NCBI GenBank assembly: GCA_050013255.1
Contig: JBEKFP010000001.1
Span: 384,001 to 448,000, forward strand
Length of the DNA: 64,000 nt
Source of the DNA: Candidatus Bathyarchaeia archaeon
Lineage (GTDB): Archaea; Thermoproteota; Bathyarchaeia; 40CM-2-53-6
Reading direction: 5' to 3'
Both the position numbers and the translations under genes were made by a program. Below are positions 26,731 to 35,547 of the stretch, piece after piece. The notes under the pieces are model-generated. The model made no database searches, was not told the origin of the DNA, and saw only the letters and a program-made list of their open reading frames with translations. How positions within the stretch are numbered: the stretch's first letter is position 1; the number at the start of each line of letters is the position of its first letter.

Positions 26731-28506
26731 TTATTCTGGGGCGGAATTGGTTTGCCATCTCTTTTCTGTCCAAGCTTCAACGAATCTCGGGTTTGCGATT
26801 TCTGGGAGAACCAGGTGGGAGGGGTATCGTTTCGAGTGATATACGGTCTGGTTCGCAATAATTGGATTCTTCTCTTCCCAGAGGCCGGCTCCTGTGTTGT
26901 AGTTCGGTGCCACTGAAGGGAACGCGCTCGATGTCACTTCTAGGCGAATTCGATGCCCCTTTTGGAATTGTTGGCCAGTTCCCCACATGTCCACAGTGGT
27001 TCTGACTATTTCGCCGGGTTTCACGAGTTTGATTTGTTCGTATCCGTCGCGGAATCGTAATCTTGAGATTCCTTGACAGAGGCGTTGCGCATACCCATTA
27101 GGGTGTACGTCTGAAAGTCGCGTGATGAAGTCTGTGTCGACCGCTGAGGTGCTAACGAAGAGTTCGGCTTTGACTGTTCCAATGATGTTTAGTGGGATCT
27201 TCAATGGAGCGGATGTGAAGACGAGAATGTCGTCGCGGCGTTGGATGGGTCTCAAGTCTTCATTCATGCCGTTCTGGAAGTATTCCTTCGAATAGGGGCT
27301 GGGAGCGGGATTGGTTGGGTCGTAAGTAAACGTGGATTTGACAAATTTGGACGGAGCAGCTTTTCTGCTGATGAGTTTGCCATTTCCTGAGAGGCTGTTA
27401 GAGGGGCCATCAGCCGTGAGAAAGAGGCGTTGATGTCGTGTCGACGTGAGCGGAAATGCGTTTGAGTCGATCCATCGATTCTTGCCCATTAGGAATAGTC
27501 TGACTTTCGGTTCTTTCATGACGCCATTATCGATTCCTTTGAGCCAGAAGTCGAACCATCGTACGGCCTCTTTGTCTAATGGCACCACGGAATGCGGTCC
27601 ATAATCGAAGTCTCCGAGTTTCTCTGAGCTGTTGAATGGAGCTGATAGGGCGTGGGGCCAGGGGCCAATCAGCAATTTGTGATTGCCTCGGGTCCTCTTG
27701 TCCGGGTGTTCTTTCGTCAGCGCGGGGAAATGGTCCAAGGCGCCTTTGAGGCTGTCATCGTACCATCCTGAAACGAAGTAGCATGGTACCTTCATTCTAG
27801 CAATCATGTCATCATTCCAAACATTCTTGAGAAAGTCGTCGTATGTTTCATGCGAATAGAGAGGGGCGTAGAGATCGTTAGGCAGGCCCAGCCGGCTTGC
27901 GATATCCTTGAGGGGTCGGATTTTGAGGATTGGGTCCCAATCAATTTCTTTGTCGTAAATCTCTTGTTTCAGAGTCCGGCCCGTCAAGAGCATTGCCCAA
28001 GTTATCATAATGGGCGTGAATGTTCCAGAAGTGTACACGGTGCAATCATGAAATGGATGAATCGAAGGCGAACACATTACAAATGCTGCCTTATGATACC
28101 TTGAACCGTGACGCATGGGATATAATTGGACACACCCGCCGTACGAACGGCCAATCGTTCCGACCCTTCCAGTACACCACTCTTGATTGCCGACCCACTC
28201 GAGTGTATCGTGTCCATCGTTTATTTCTTGGAAGTACGGAGTGAACTCACCCTCCGAATTTCCTCTGCCTCTAACGTCCACGTGGATGACTGCGTACCCT
28301 GCTTTGGCGAAGTCTCGGAATATTGACCGTACTTCGGTTCTGCGACTGCTATCCTTTCCGTACGGAGTTACGTTCACGATGGCTGGGAAAGGCCCCTCTT
28401 CTCCCTTAGGGAAGTAGATGTTCGCGGCGAGACTGATTCCATCGCGCATCGGAATCCGAACGTCGTACGCGCAGTTGGTCACCAAGTCCCTATGATTGAT
28501 CATCAT
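26731..28506 (-). CDS. CocE/NonD family hydrolase (second paralogue)
   Basis: TPYGK, DVRGRGNSEG, GRSYGG, GWYDD, GPWPH. Confidence 0.92.
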   Translation of the reverse strand: MMINHRDLVTNCAYDVRIPMRDGISLAANIYFPKGEEGPFPAIVNVTPYGKDSSRRTEVRSIFRDFAKAGYAVIHVDVRGRGNSEGEFTPYFQEINDGHDTLEWVGNQEWCTGRVGTIGRSYGGCVQLYPMRHGSRYHKAAFVMCSPSIHPFHDCTVYTSGTFTPIMITWAMLLTGRTLKQEIYDKEIDWDPILKIRPLKDIASRLGLPNDLYAPLYSHETYDDFLKNVWNDDMIARMKVPCYFVSGWYDDSLKGALDHFPALTKEHPDKRTRGNHKLLIGPWPHALSAPFNSSEKLGDFDYGPHSVVPLDKEAVRWFDFWLKGIDNGVMKEPKVRLFLMGKNRWIDSNAFPLTSTRHQRLFLTADGPSNSLSGNGKLISRKAAPSKFVKSTFTYDPTNPAPSPYSKEYFQNGMNEDLRPIQRRDDILVFTSAPLKIPLNIIGTVKAELFVSTSAVDTDFITRLSDVHPNGYAQRLCQGISRLRFRDGYEQIKLVKPGEIVRTTVDMWGTGQQFQKGHRIRLEVTSSAFPSVAPNYNTGAGLWEEKNPIIANQTVYHSKRYPSHLVLPEIANPRFVEAWTEKRWQTNSAPE

Positions 28507-28554
28507 GGTGGTCAGTCGGTCTTCAACGCGGCGACTGAAAGCGCTTTGGTAAAG

Positions 28555-28857
28555 TTAGTAATTAGTTAGATGTTCTGTACTTACCGCGCTGAATAGTTTG
28601 TTAATCTTGTCCACAATCTTCGCTTCCTCGATGAGTTCGTCTACTTCTCTTCTCGAGAGGCCCATTTCTTTGACGGCTCGCCAGATCGGTCTCGCTACCT
28701 CTTCGAAGGTCACCGAGGCCAGTTTCTTCATGACTATGGCGTCACCTATGACGACCACAAGCAACTCATCTCCCTCACGCAGCTTCACAGTCATCCGAAC
28801 AGGCTCCGGAATCACAACCTGGCCCCGGGATGAAAGCCGCGTCGTACCCGTGATCAT
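28555..28857 (-). CDS. AbrB/MazE-family antitoxin-like protein (no adjacent toxin downstream)
   Basis: TRLSSRGQVVIPEPVRMTVKLREGDEL. Confidence 0.85.
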   Translation of the reverse strand: MITGTTRLSSRGQVVIPEPVRMTVKLREGDELLVVVIGDAIVMKKLASVTFEEVARPIWRAVKEMGLSRREVDELIEEAKIVDKINKLFSAVSTEHLTNY

Positions 28858-28864
28858 AAATCAT

Positions 28865-28909
28865 AAGTAAGATTATTCTTACCTTAATACTTTACACTCA
28901 AACCTTCCC
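28865..28909 (+). repeat. 45-bp direct repeat, copy 1 (contains GTAAGA-N4-TCTTAC palindrome)
   Basis: 39/45 identical to 29502-29546. Confidence 0.85.
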
Positions 28910-28948
28910 CCAATTTCAAGGTGAGGTTTTGCGCAACCTTATACGTAC

Positions 28949-28963
28949 GTAAGACAGTCTTAC
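28949..28963. promoter_or_regulatory. AbrB operator candidate GTAAGA-cag-TCTTAC
   Basis: Same half-sites as in the 45-bp repeat; lies 5 bp upstream of the abrB ATG. Confidence 0.6.
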
Positions 28964-28968
28964 CTACC

Positions 28969-29253
28969 ATGGCATCAGAAAGGGTTCCTGAGTTGACCCG
29001 TATCAGCTCAAAAGGCCAAGTCGTTATCCCAGCAAGGGTTAGGAGCAGGCTCGGGATCAAGCCTGGAAGCCTCTTCGCAATCTTGACCCGGCCCGAATCG
29101 AACATAGTGGTACTCAAGAAAGTCGATGATAAGTCCCTGCAAGTTGACCTGGAGCTCTTGCGGGAAGTGGAGAAGGCTTGGAAGGAGATCGCACAAGGAA
29201 AAGCCAGGAAAGCAAGCAGAAAACGCTTTCTTGAAGAGCTCCAAACTTGGTAG
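28969..29253 (+). CDS. AbrB/MazE-family antitoxin
   Basis: TRISSKGQVVIPARVRSRLGIKPG; overlaps relE. Confidence 0.85.
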   Translation: MASERVPELTRISSKGQVVIPARVRSRLGIKPGSLFAILTRPESNIVVLKKVDDKSLQVDLELLREVEKAWKEIAQGKARKASRKRFLEELQTW

Positions 29254-29507
29254 AGATAAAGAAAGTCGTCTGGACTGAGACATTCGAACGCCAAGTTAGG
29301 AAACTAAGGGACAAAGCAGTCAAGAATCGCATAAGGAAAAAAGCCCAAGAGATACTCGAGAATCCAGAAATTGGCAAACCACTGAGATTTGAGTTGAAAG
29401 GTGAACGTTCAATCAGAATCCCACCCTATCGCTTAATCTACGCTGCTGTGGGCGACACCCTATACTTTCTCAGAGTAGAACACAGAAAAACAGCTTACGG
29501 CAAGTAA
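29247..29507 (+). CDS. relE: RelE/ParE family toxin
   Basis: ENPEIGKPLRFELKGERSIRIPPYRLIY...HRKTAY. Confidence 0.88.
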   Translation: MVEIKKVVWTETFERQVRKLRDKAVKNRIRKKAQEILENPEIGKPLRFELKGERSIRIPPYRLIYAAVGDTLYFLRVEHRKTAYGK

Positions 29508-29546
29508 GATTATTCTTACTCTAATACTTCACCCTCAAACTATCCC
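29502..29546 (+). repeat. 45-bp direct repeat, copy 2
   Basis: Matches 28865-28909; overlaps the relE stop. Confidence 0.85.
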
Positions 29547-29554
29547 GGAAAAAA

Positions 29555-29640
29555 GATGTCTAGCATATGTTATACATCCCTAGCGGGTGAAAATAGTGGG
29601 ATATCTCCTTAAACGCCCTGCTCTAAGCGTTTTCCCACCG
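29555..29640 (+). repeat. 86-bp dispersed non-coding repeat, copy 1
   Basis: 78/86 identical to 37726-37811. Confidence 0.9.
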
Positions 29641-29651
29641 GGCGAACAGGA

Positions 29652-29882
29652 TTATTCTATGACAATTGTTGTAACGGTGGAACGAACGCCGGGAAGTCGC
29701 CGTATCTTCCATGTGATGATCTCTTTCAACCCATCCATCGAATCAGCTTCAACTTTTGCGATCATGTCGTAGATACCATAAGTTCGGTGGCAGTCCTTCA
29801 CATTCGGAAGCTTTCGAACTTCTTTGAGCACCTCCTCTTCCGAACCCGGCTCAACGTTGACCAAAACAAAGGAAACAGGCAT
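29652..29882 (-). CDS. Stand-alone Lrp/AsnC ligand-binding (RAM) domain
   Basis: SFVLVNVEPG...TYGIYDMIAKVEA...IRRLPGVRSTVT. Confidence 0.88.
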   Translation of the reverse strand: MPVSFVLVNVEPGSEEEVLKEVRKLPNVKDCHRTYGIYDMIAKVEADSMDGLKEIITWKIRRLPGVRSTVTTIVIE

Positions 29883-30124
29883 AACAGAACCTCATCAAAC
29901 ACCTACAAAGTACGGGTAAAAGCCTTCCCTATGAGTGAACGATGGTTGACAATGAAGGCGTCGCCTCTGCTGTTGCAAAATCACTCGACGTGGAATTCTC
30001 GTCGGACATTCGGGCTCGCACGCTCCCATGTGGGACCATTGGGATATGAACCCACCAATATCGTGGGTTCAATGGACGTAAGCCATGCAAATTACCGCTA
30101 GAGCGACGCCCTGGTTACAGGGGA

Positions 30125-30348
30125 TCACAGGAGCTTCAGAAATTCTTCGACCGTTAATCCTGCATCTCTAATTATGGCTCTCAGCGTACCTTTGGCCACT
30201 TCCTTGTGCTTGGGTACAGTGATTCTTCTGTGCGGAGCGTCTGTATGTCTTAATATCATGTGACTTCCAGTCGGTGGTCAAGTTTGTAACCAATCTTTGC
30301 CAGGGCTTTGACCACATCGATGCCGGAAACGACCGGTAGCTTAGGCAC
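30125..30348 (-). pseudogene. hicA: HicA toxin pseudogene (1-nt deletion)
   Basis: MPKLPVVSGIDVVKALAKIGYKLDH / TGSHMILRHTDAPHRRITVPKHKEVAKGTLRAIIRDAGLTVEEFLKLL*; 224 nt, frame break near 30273. Confidence 0.85.
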
Positions 30349-30553
30349 TCACTTCAACCGTTTCCTCTTCAATAGGCGGTGGAATCGGTTCATCGTGTTT
30401 CTTCAAGCTTGTGAGATAACCCTGAATCGCATCTTTGATATTCGTCAGCGCTTCTTCTCTGTTCTTTCCCTCAGAAATACATCCAGGCAGACTATCACAT
30501 TGGGCAACGAACATACCGTCCTCATCTACCTCAAGGGATACCCTGAACTTCAT
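30341..30553 (-). CDS. hicB: HicB antitoxin
   Basis: DEDGMFVAQCDSLPGCISEGKNREEALTNIKDAI. Confidence 0.9.
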   Translation of the reverse strand: MKFRVSLEVDEDGMFVAQCDSLPGCISEGKNREEALTNIKDAIQGYLTSLKKHDEPIPPPIEEETVEVSA

Positions 30554-30849
30554 CCAAACTCCACTTCTCGGGTTGAACCTCGCTCTCTCTGGAACTAGCG
30601 GCCCTTATACTTTTACATGGTAGGTCATCGGCCAACCAACGAAACATGCAACCCAAATTCCGAATATCGTTCCAAATAAAGGACAGGAATACTAATCCCT
30701 AATCGAGACCGCCTTTTGGCGGACCCCCAGTGAGATAATGGGGTGGATTAGCCCCACGATTCGACTTGTGTGCGGGGCTAGTGGTGCACTACGACACTGC
30801 AAGTTTCAATATTCAGAAGAGTAACTGAATTATAGACGACACATGATGG

Positions 30850-31791
30850 TCAGAAGTGTTTCGCAACTTCACTCCCGAAAAGTTTCAGTTCATCCAATTG
30901 TCGGTCGGGTTCGAAACTCATTATGAATAACTGAACTCCAGCGTCACGGAACAATTCTAACTGTCGTCGAACATCCTCGGGACCACCATAGATGACCATC
31001 TCTCGCAGCATATTCTCCGGAACCCCCTTGTACCTTGTGGCAATTCGCTTTTCCAACGCTGTCCGGTCCTTATCGACCATTACGACGCCAAGTTTCGTTT
31101 TGAGAATTGAATCGTAATCTCTCCCCACTGTTTTGCAGTGGGTTTGGAGGATGTTCATTTTCTTGCGAAATGTGTCGGGGGAACCGAAGACGTTGCAGGC
31201 GTCGGCGTACTTGGCGACTAGTTTGAGCGTTTCCTTCTCTCCACTGCCCCCAATCATTATGGGAGGGTGGGGTTTCTGGATTGGCTTTGGGTTGCAGTAC
31301 GCGCCCTTAATCTTGTAGAACTGGCCGTCAAAGTCAACGGTCTCTTCGGTCCACATCTTCCGAATAATCTGGGCGGCTTCCTCCAAGCGCCGAAAACGTT
31401 CCTTTGTTGTTGGGAATGGGATCCCATATGCCTTCGATTCTTCTTCATTCCAAGCGGCGCCGATTCCCATGAATAATCGTCCCTTGCTAAGAACGTCGAG
31501 CGTCGCCCCGATCTTGGCCAGAACTGAGGGGTGCCTGTACACATTCCCCGTGACTAGGGGTCCCAGCTTGATCTTCGAGGTCATTCCCGCAAGCGCGGAA
31601 AGGGTGGTCCAAGATTCTAGCATTGGTTCGTTAGGCTGGCCGACGTATTGAATTTGGTGAAAATGGTCCATAACCCAAAAAGAGTCGAATCCGATTCTCT
31701 CAGCTTCAGTTGCAAGTGCCCTGAGGGAATCAACGACCTGTGAGCCTTGGCCGTCGTAAGTGAAGTTTGGATGTTGAATTCCGAATTTCAT
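30850..31791 (-). CDS. LLM-class F420-dependent oxidoreductase
   Basis: GFDSFWVMDH, YRHPSVLAK, LDVLSKGR, PIMIGGSGEK; start at MKFGI. Confidence 0.9.
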   Translation of the reverse strand: MKFGIQHPNFTYDGQGSQVVDSLRALATEAERIGFDSFWVMDHFHQIQYVGQPNEPMLESWTTLSALAGMTSKIKLGPLVTGNVYRHPSVLAKIGATLDVLSKGRLFMGIGAAWNEEESKAYGIPFPTTKERFRRLEEAAQIIRKMWTEETVDFDGQFYKIKGAYCNPKPIQKPHPPIMIGGSGEKETLKLVAKYADACNVFGSPDTFRKKMNILQTHCKTVGRDYDSILKTKLGVVMVDKDRTALEKRIATRYKGVPENMLREMVIYGGPEDVRRQLELFRDAGVQLFIMSFEPDRQLDELKLFGSEVAKHF

Positions 31792-31960
31792 ATTCTGCCG
31801 CTGAAAGGCGAGGTGCTGTGGCTTGTATTTATTGACTACTCGAGCCATCGTCACACTTCACGCTCCGACAGCGATAGTACGCATGGTCAAACAGCGAAAA
31901 CAAGAAACCGTAAGCCATTTTTCCGTAAGAGTAGTGTTGCGAGTCCAGGTGAATCGCAAC

Positions 31961-34900
31961 TTGACTGAGAGGCCAGCTACGCCCAGTTCCGCTTTGAGGA
32001 GTAGGGTTTCTACTGGGTACGCTAGGCTTGATGAGGCGCTTCAAGGAGGCTTCCTAGCCGGTTCAGCCATCGTTCTGAGTGCACCCGTAAGCGACGAAGT
32101 CCCAGTACTTCTACGCAGATTCCTTGAAGCTGACCCTACGAGTTTACTGATCTCTCGAAGCTTGTCTTCTGCGGAGCCGATTCTCGGCAACAAACCAGAT
32201 GGCCTGAAGTGTTTGGTTTGCAGCGACAAACCCTTTCCCCCAGCCCAGAACACGCTGCCCGGCAAGGGCATCGAAAACCTAACGGAATTAAGCCTCACAA
32301 TCACGGAAACCATCAACTCTCTCCAGCCGAGTCGGCTTGTCGTTCAGTTTCTATCCGACGTTCTGTTGCGGCATAAGGCGCTTCAGACTAGGAAATGGCT
32401 CTCAGAGCTTCTCGACAAGTTCAGGGCCAAGAACATCACCGCGCTAGTCGTCCTCAACCCGTTCATGCATTCAAGTGAAGAGGTTCAAGCTATCGTTGAC
32501 TTATTCAACGGCAACATCGAACTCATCGAGAAACAAGTCGAAGGCCAGTTGAGGAAAGCCCTCATAATCAAATGGATGCATGGGATCGAAACTGCCGAGA
32601 AAGAGTTTCCACTAGAAGGGTTAACCTCCGAACCGCAAATCCGAACCGAACAGGTCCCGGTCGCGCCTCCTCCCCTTAAGGAGCCACGATGGCTAACCCC
32701 ACTAATCAGTAGAACAACAGAAATGGATAAGCTGAAAACCGCCTTCGAGGATGCCCTGCATAGTAAGTCGTCGGTTATTGCGCTTCAAGGCGAGGCTGGT
32801 ATCGGTAAGAGCCGCCTCATGCAGGAACTCGCAGCTTACGCAAACTCTCAGAACGCAGTCGCATTATCAGGACGCGCCTCGCAGGATGGACCACCCTATG
32901 GGCCTTGGATTGAGATTGCGAGGCAGTATGTTGCTCAGTCGCCGGGGGAACTCCTCCGAAGGATGCTTGGCGCCAATGCGTCTCAGGTTGTGAAGCTGGT
33001 TCCCGACGTTGCCGTAAAGCTAGGGACTGTTCCTCCACCCCGGACGGGCGGGCAGCAGGATAAAACTCAGTTTTACGAAGCAGTAACGCAATTCTTCATC
33101 GCGATCTCCCGAGAAGCCCCGTTACTTCTACTCTTCGACGACATGGAATACGTCGACCAACCATCAGCCGAACTGTGGGAATACCTCGTCAGACGCACCA
33201 GCAACCTCCAAATTCTCACCGTATGCTCTACTCCGCCGGAGGCCGAAATCGAATCAAAAAGTCAACTTGAACAGGTCTTGATGAAATTCAACAAGGAAAG
33301 GCTTCTCGAAACCATTCCACTCAGAGGCTTAGGTAAGGACGAGACGACCACACTCGTCAGACAGACTTTTAGTGAAGAAACGATTTCCCCTGAGTTTGCT
33401 GACCTGATCTATCAGCACACAGCCGGTAACCCATTCTTCGTTGAAGAAGTGCTCCGCTCACTCGTCGCCGACGGCACAATCTTCAGAACCGAGAAGGGAT
33501 GGGACCGTAAGCCCATCCAAGACATCACCATACCGAAAACCGTTAAGACGGCGCTTAGGGTCCGTCTAGAGAAACTTGACCCTGAAGCCATATCCATGCT
33601 CCAATGGGCCGCCCTCATAGGCTCCAAGTTCGACTTCGAAGTCTTGAAAGAAGCCTCAGAGATTAGCGAGGAGGTGCTCCTCCAGAAACTTGAGACCACA
33701 AACAACCAAGGCCTGATCCTCGAAATCCCAAATGAACATGGTAGGCTGGGGTTCGTTGATGAAAGAATCAGGGACCTGATTATTGAGGACACAATGCAAC
33801 TCAAACAGCGAAGGTACCATCTGAAGATCGCTGAAGCATTGGAGAAAGTCTACGCGCAGAACCTGGATAGCAATTCTGAGATGATCGCCACCCACTTTGA
33901 GCTTTGTGGAGACAAGGAAAGAACCATCAAATACTCAATCATGGCTGGGAAATATGCTCAGTCCATTCATGCCTACGGTCAGGCGGCGGACAGCTACAAG
34001 CGTGCGTTGGATAAGGTCGACGTAAGCGAAACCAAGCAAAGAGCATCACTGCTAGAGAAGCTGGGCGACTGCTTTATGTCGGCCGGACAATTTGCGAACA
34101 GTGTTCAACGCTACCAGGAAGCACTCAACCTACTCGAGAAATCGCAAGATAACACGGGCTGCGCGCGAGTATCAGCTCAACTGACGGGGGGGCTACACGC
34201 AGTTAGGGGCCCTGAAGAGACCGTTCGCTTCTTGAAGGATGCGATGAAGTATGTTCAGGAAAGCCCCGAAAGCTCAGAAGCAGCCAGCCTGTACGTAAGG
34301 CTATCTGATTACCTAGGAATATTGGACCGGTATGATGACGCTAATAGTTGGAATGAGCGTGCTCTTGAGGCGGGGGAGAAGAGCGGAAACTACGCAGCCG
34401 TCTCAGAAGCACTGGCCTGTACGGCTTACATCCTACTTGACGCTGGTAGGATAGATGAGGGACTGCCCAAACTAGAGAAGAGTTTGCAGGTTGCCAAGCA
34501 GCATGATATGTATTTTCAGACCGGAATTGCCTATCTAAACTTAGCAGGCTATACGTATCCAAGGGACCTATCGGCGGCACGTGACTTGGCTTCTCAATTG
34601 CTTGTGCTTGCCAAACAAGAAAACAGGTTGTCCCACCAAGCGACCGCTTTGGCTTACCTCGCTGTTTTCGATTGGTTGCAGGGAAACTGGGCCGAAGCCT
34701 CGGAAGAGTTTGGTGAAGCCTTCGAGATTAAGAATCGACTCGGATTCAAATTCACGGGCATTAACGCTGAGGCTCAGAGAGCCGAATTCTTTCTCAGTGT
34801 CGGAGAATTAGAGAGAACGGAAGAATATTGCCGCTTAGCTTTAGAGAGGCATGACGAGCAGATTTCCCACATAGTTGCAACAAATTTGGCTGTGGGTAAG

Positions 34901-35392
34901 CTTCGGTTCGAGCAGGGTCGTGTTGAGGAGGCGAAGGCTCACTTCGAGGCGTGCGTGAATGCCTTCAAGGGCCATGAATTCACCACAGAGCCCCTATGGC
35001 ATATCGAGGCTCTCCTTCATTTAACGGGCATTTACATTAAGGTGGCTGAACCCGAGAAAGCTCGTATGAATGCTGATTGGGCTAAACGATTAGCAGAGAC
35101 GTTGAAGAGCAACGCAGGGCTGGCTATGGCCCGACAGGCCCAAGCAAACCTTCTACAGGCGTCGGGAGAGTCGAAAGCCGCTCAGGAAGCCTATCAGGAA
35201 TCCCTATCCCTATGGGAGAAGGCCGGTTGGCCCAACTATCAAGCTAAAGCCCTAGTCGAATACGCGGAAGCGATCGCGAAGACAGCTGCTGAGGAATCTC
35301 GGAAACGCCTCGGAGAGGCTGTTGAAATCTTCAAGAAGCTTGGAGCAAAGCGCGACCTGGAGATGGGCGAAGCTAAACTTTCCGCTAAGTAA
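31961..35392 (+). CDS. KaiC/RAD55-like (degenerate) + STAND NTPase (AAA_16) + TPR protein
   Basis: VSTGYARLDEALQGG with no GKT; GEAGIGKS, LLLFDD, TAGNPFFVEE; TPR array. ORF opens at 31823; AGGTGA precedes TTG 31961. Confidence 0.8.
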   Translation: MTERPATPSSALRSRVSTGYARLDEALQGGFLAGSAIVLSAPVSDEVPVLLRRFLEADPTSLLISRSLSSAEPILGNKPDGLKCLVCSDKPFPPAQNTLPGKGIENLTELSLTITETINSLQPSRLVVQFLSDVLLRHKALQTRKWLSELLDKFRAKNITALVVLNPFMHSSEEVQAIVDLFNGNIELIEKQVEGQLRKALIIKWMHGIETAEKEFPLEGLTSEPQIRTEQVPVAPPPLKEPRWLTPLISRTTEMDKLKTAFEDALHSKSSVIALQGEAGIGKSRLMQELAAYANSQNAVALSGRASQDGPPYGPWIEIARQYVAQSPGELLRRMLGANASQVVKLVPDVAVKLGTVPPPRTGGQQDKTQFYEAVTQFFIAISREAPLLLLFDDMEYVDQPSAELWEYLVRRTSNLQILTVCSTPPEAEIESKSQLEQVLMKFNKERLLETIPLRGLGKDETTTLVRQTFSEETISPEFADLIYQHTAGNPFFVEEVLRSLVADGTIFRTEKGWDRKPIQDITIPKTVKTALRVRLEKLDPEAISMLQWAALIGSKFDFEVLKEASEISEEVLLQKLETTNNQGLILEIPNEHGRLGFVDERIRDLIIEDTMQLKQRRYHLKIAEALEKVYAQNLDSNSEMIATHFELCGDKERTIKYSIMAGKYAQSIHAYGQAADSYKRALDKVDVSETKQRASLLEKLGDCFMSAGQFANSVQRYQEALNLLEKSQDNTGCARVSAQLTGGLHAVRGPEETVRFLKDAMKYVQESPESSEAASLYVRLSDYLGILDRYDDANSWNERALEAGEKSGNYAAVSEALACTAYILLDAGRIDEGLPKLEKSLQVAKQHDMYFQTGIAYLNLAGYTYPRDLSAARDLASQLLVLAKQENRLSHQATALAYLAVFDWLQGNWAEASEEFGEAFEIKNRLGFKFTGINAEAQRAEFFLSVGELERTEEYCRLALERHDEQISHIVATNLAVGKLRFEQGRVEEAKAHFEACVNAFKGHEFTTEPLWHIEALLHLTGIYIKVAEPEKARMNADWAKRLAETLKSNAGLAMARQAQANLLQASGESKAAQEAYQESLSLWEKAGWPNYQAKALVEYAEAIAKTAAEESRKRLGEAVEIFKKLGAKRDLEMGEAKLSAK

Positions 35393-35547
35393 GAAACTGC
35401 ACAAGAACGCGATCGAACCACTGCTAGGTCTCTTCGAGGATCAACCGACGTCAAGACCGCTTGCGGTTATCCTTCATGCTTTTATATATCAGTCATACTA
35501 TAATATCATAGCATATATGCTACAATAGAAAACTACAGGCAGTAGCG

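Noticed and set aside
29561-29575. Resemblance to the loxP core or an integron attC
   Set aside because: The similarity covers only a few bases and there is no RYYYAAC...GTTRRRY pair; kept only as a generic arm-spacer-arm hypothesis
10254-30844. Shared AATTATAGACGAC(t/a)CAT at about 10254 and 30828
   Set aside because: A match this short is expected by chance in 64 kb, and the flanks do not align
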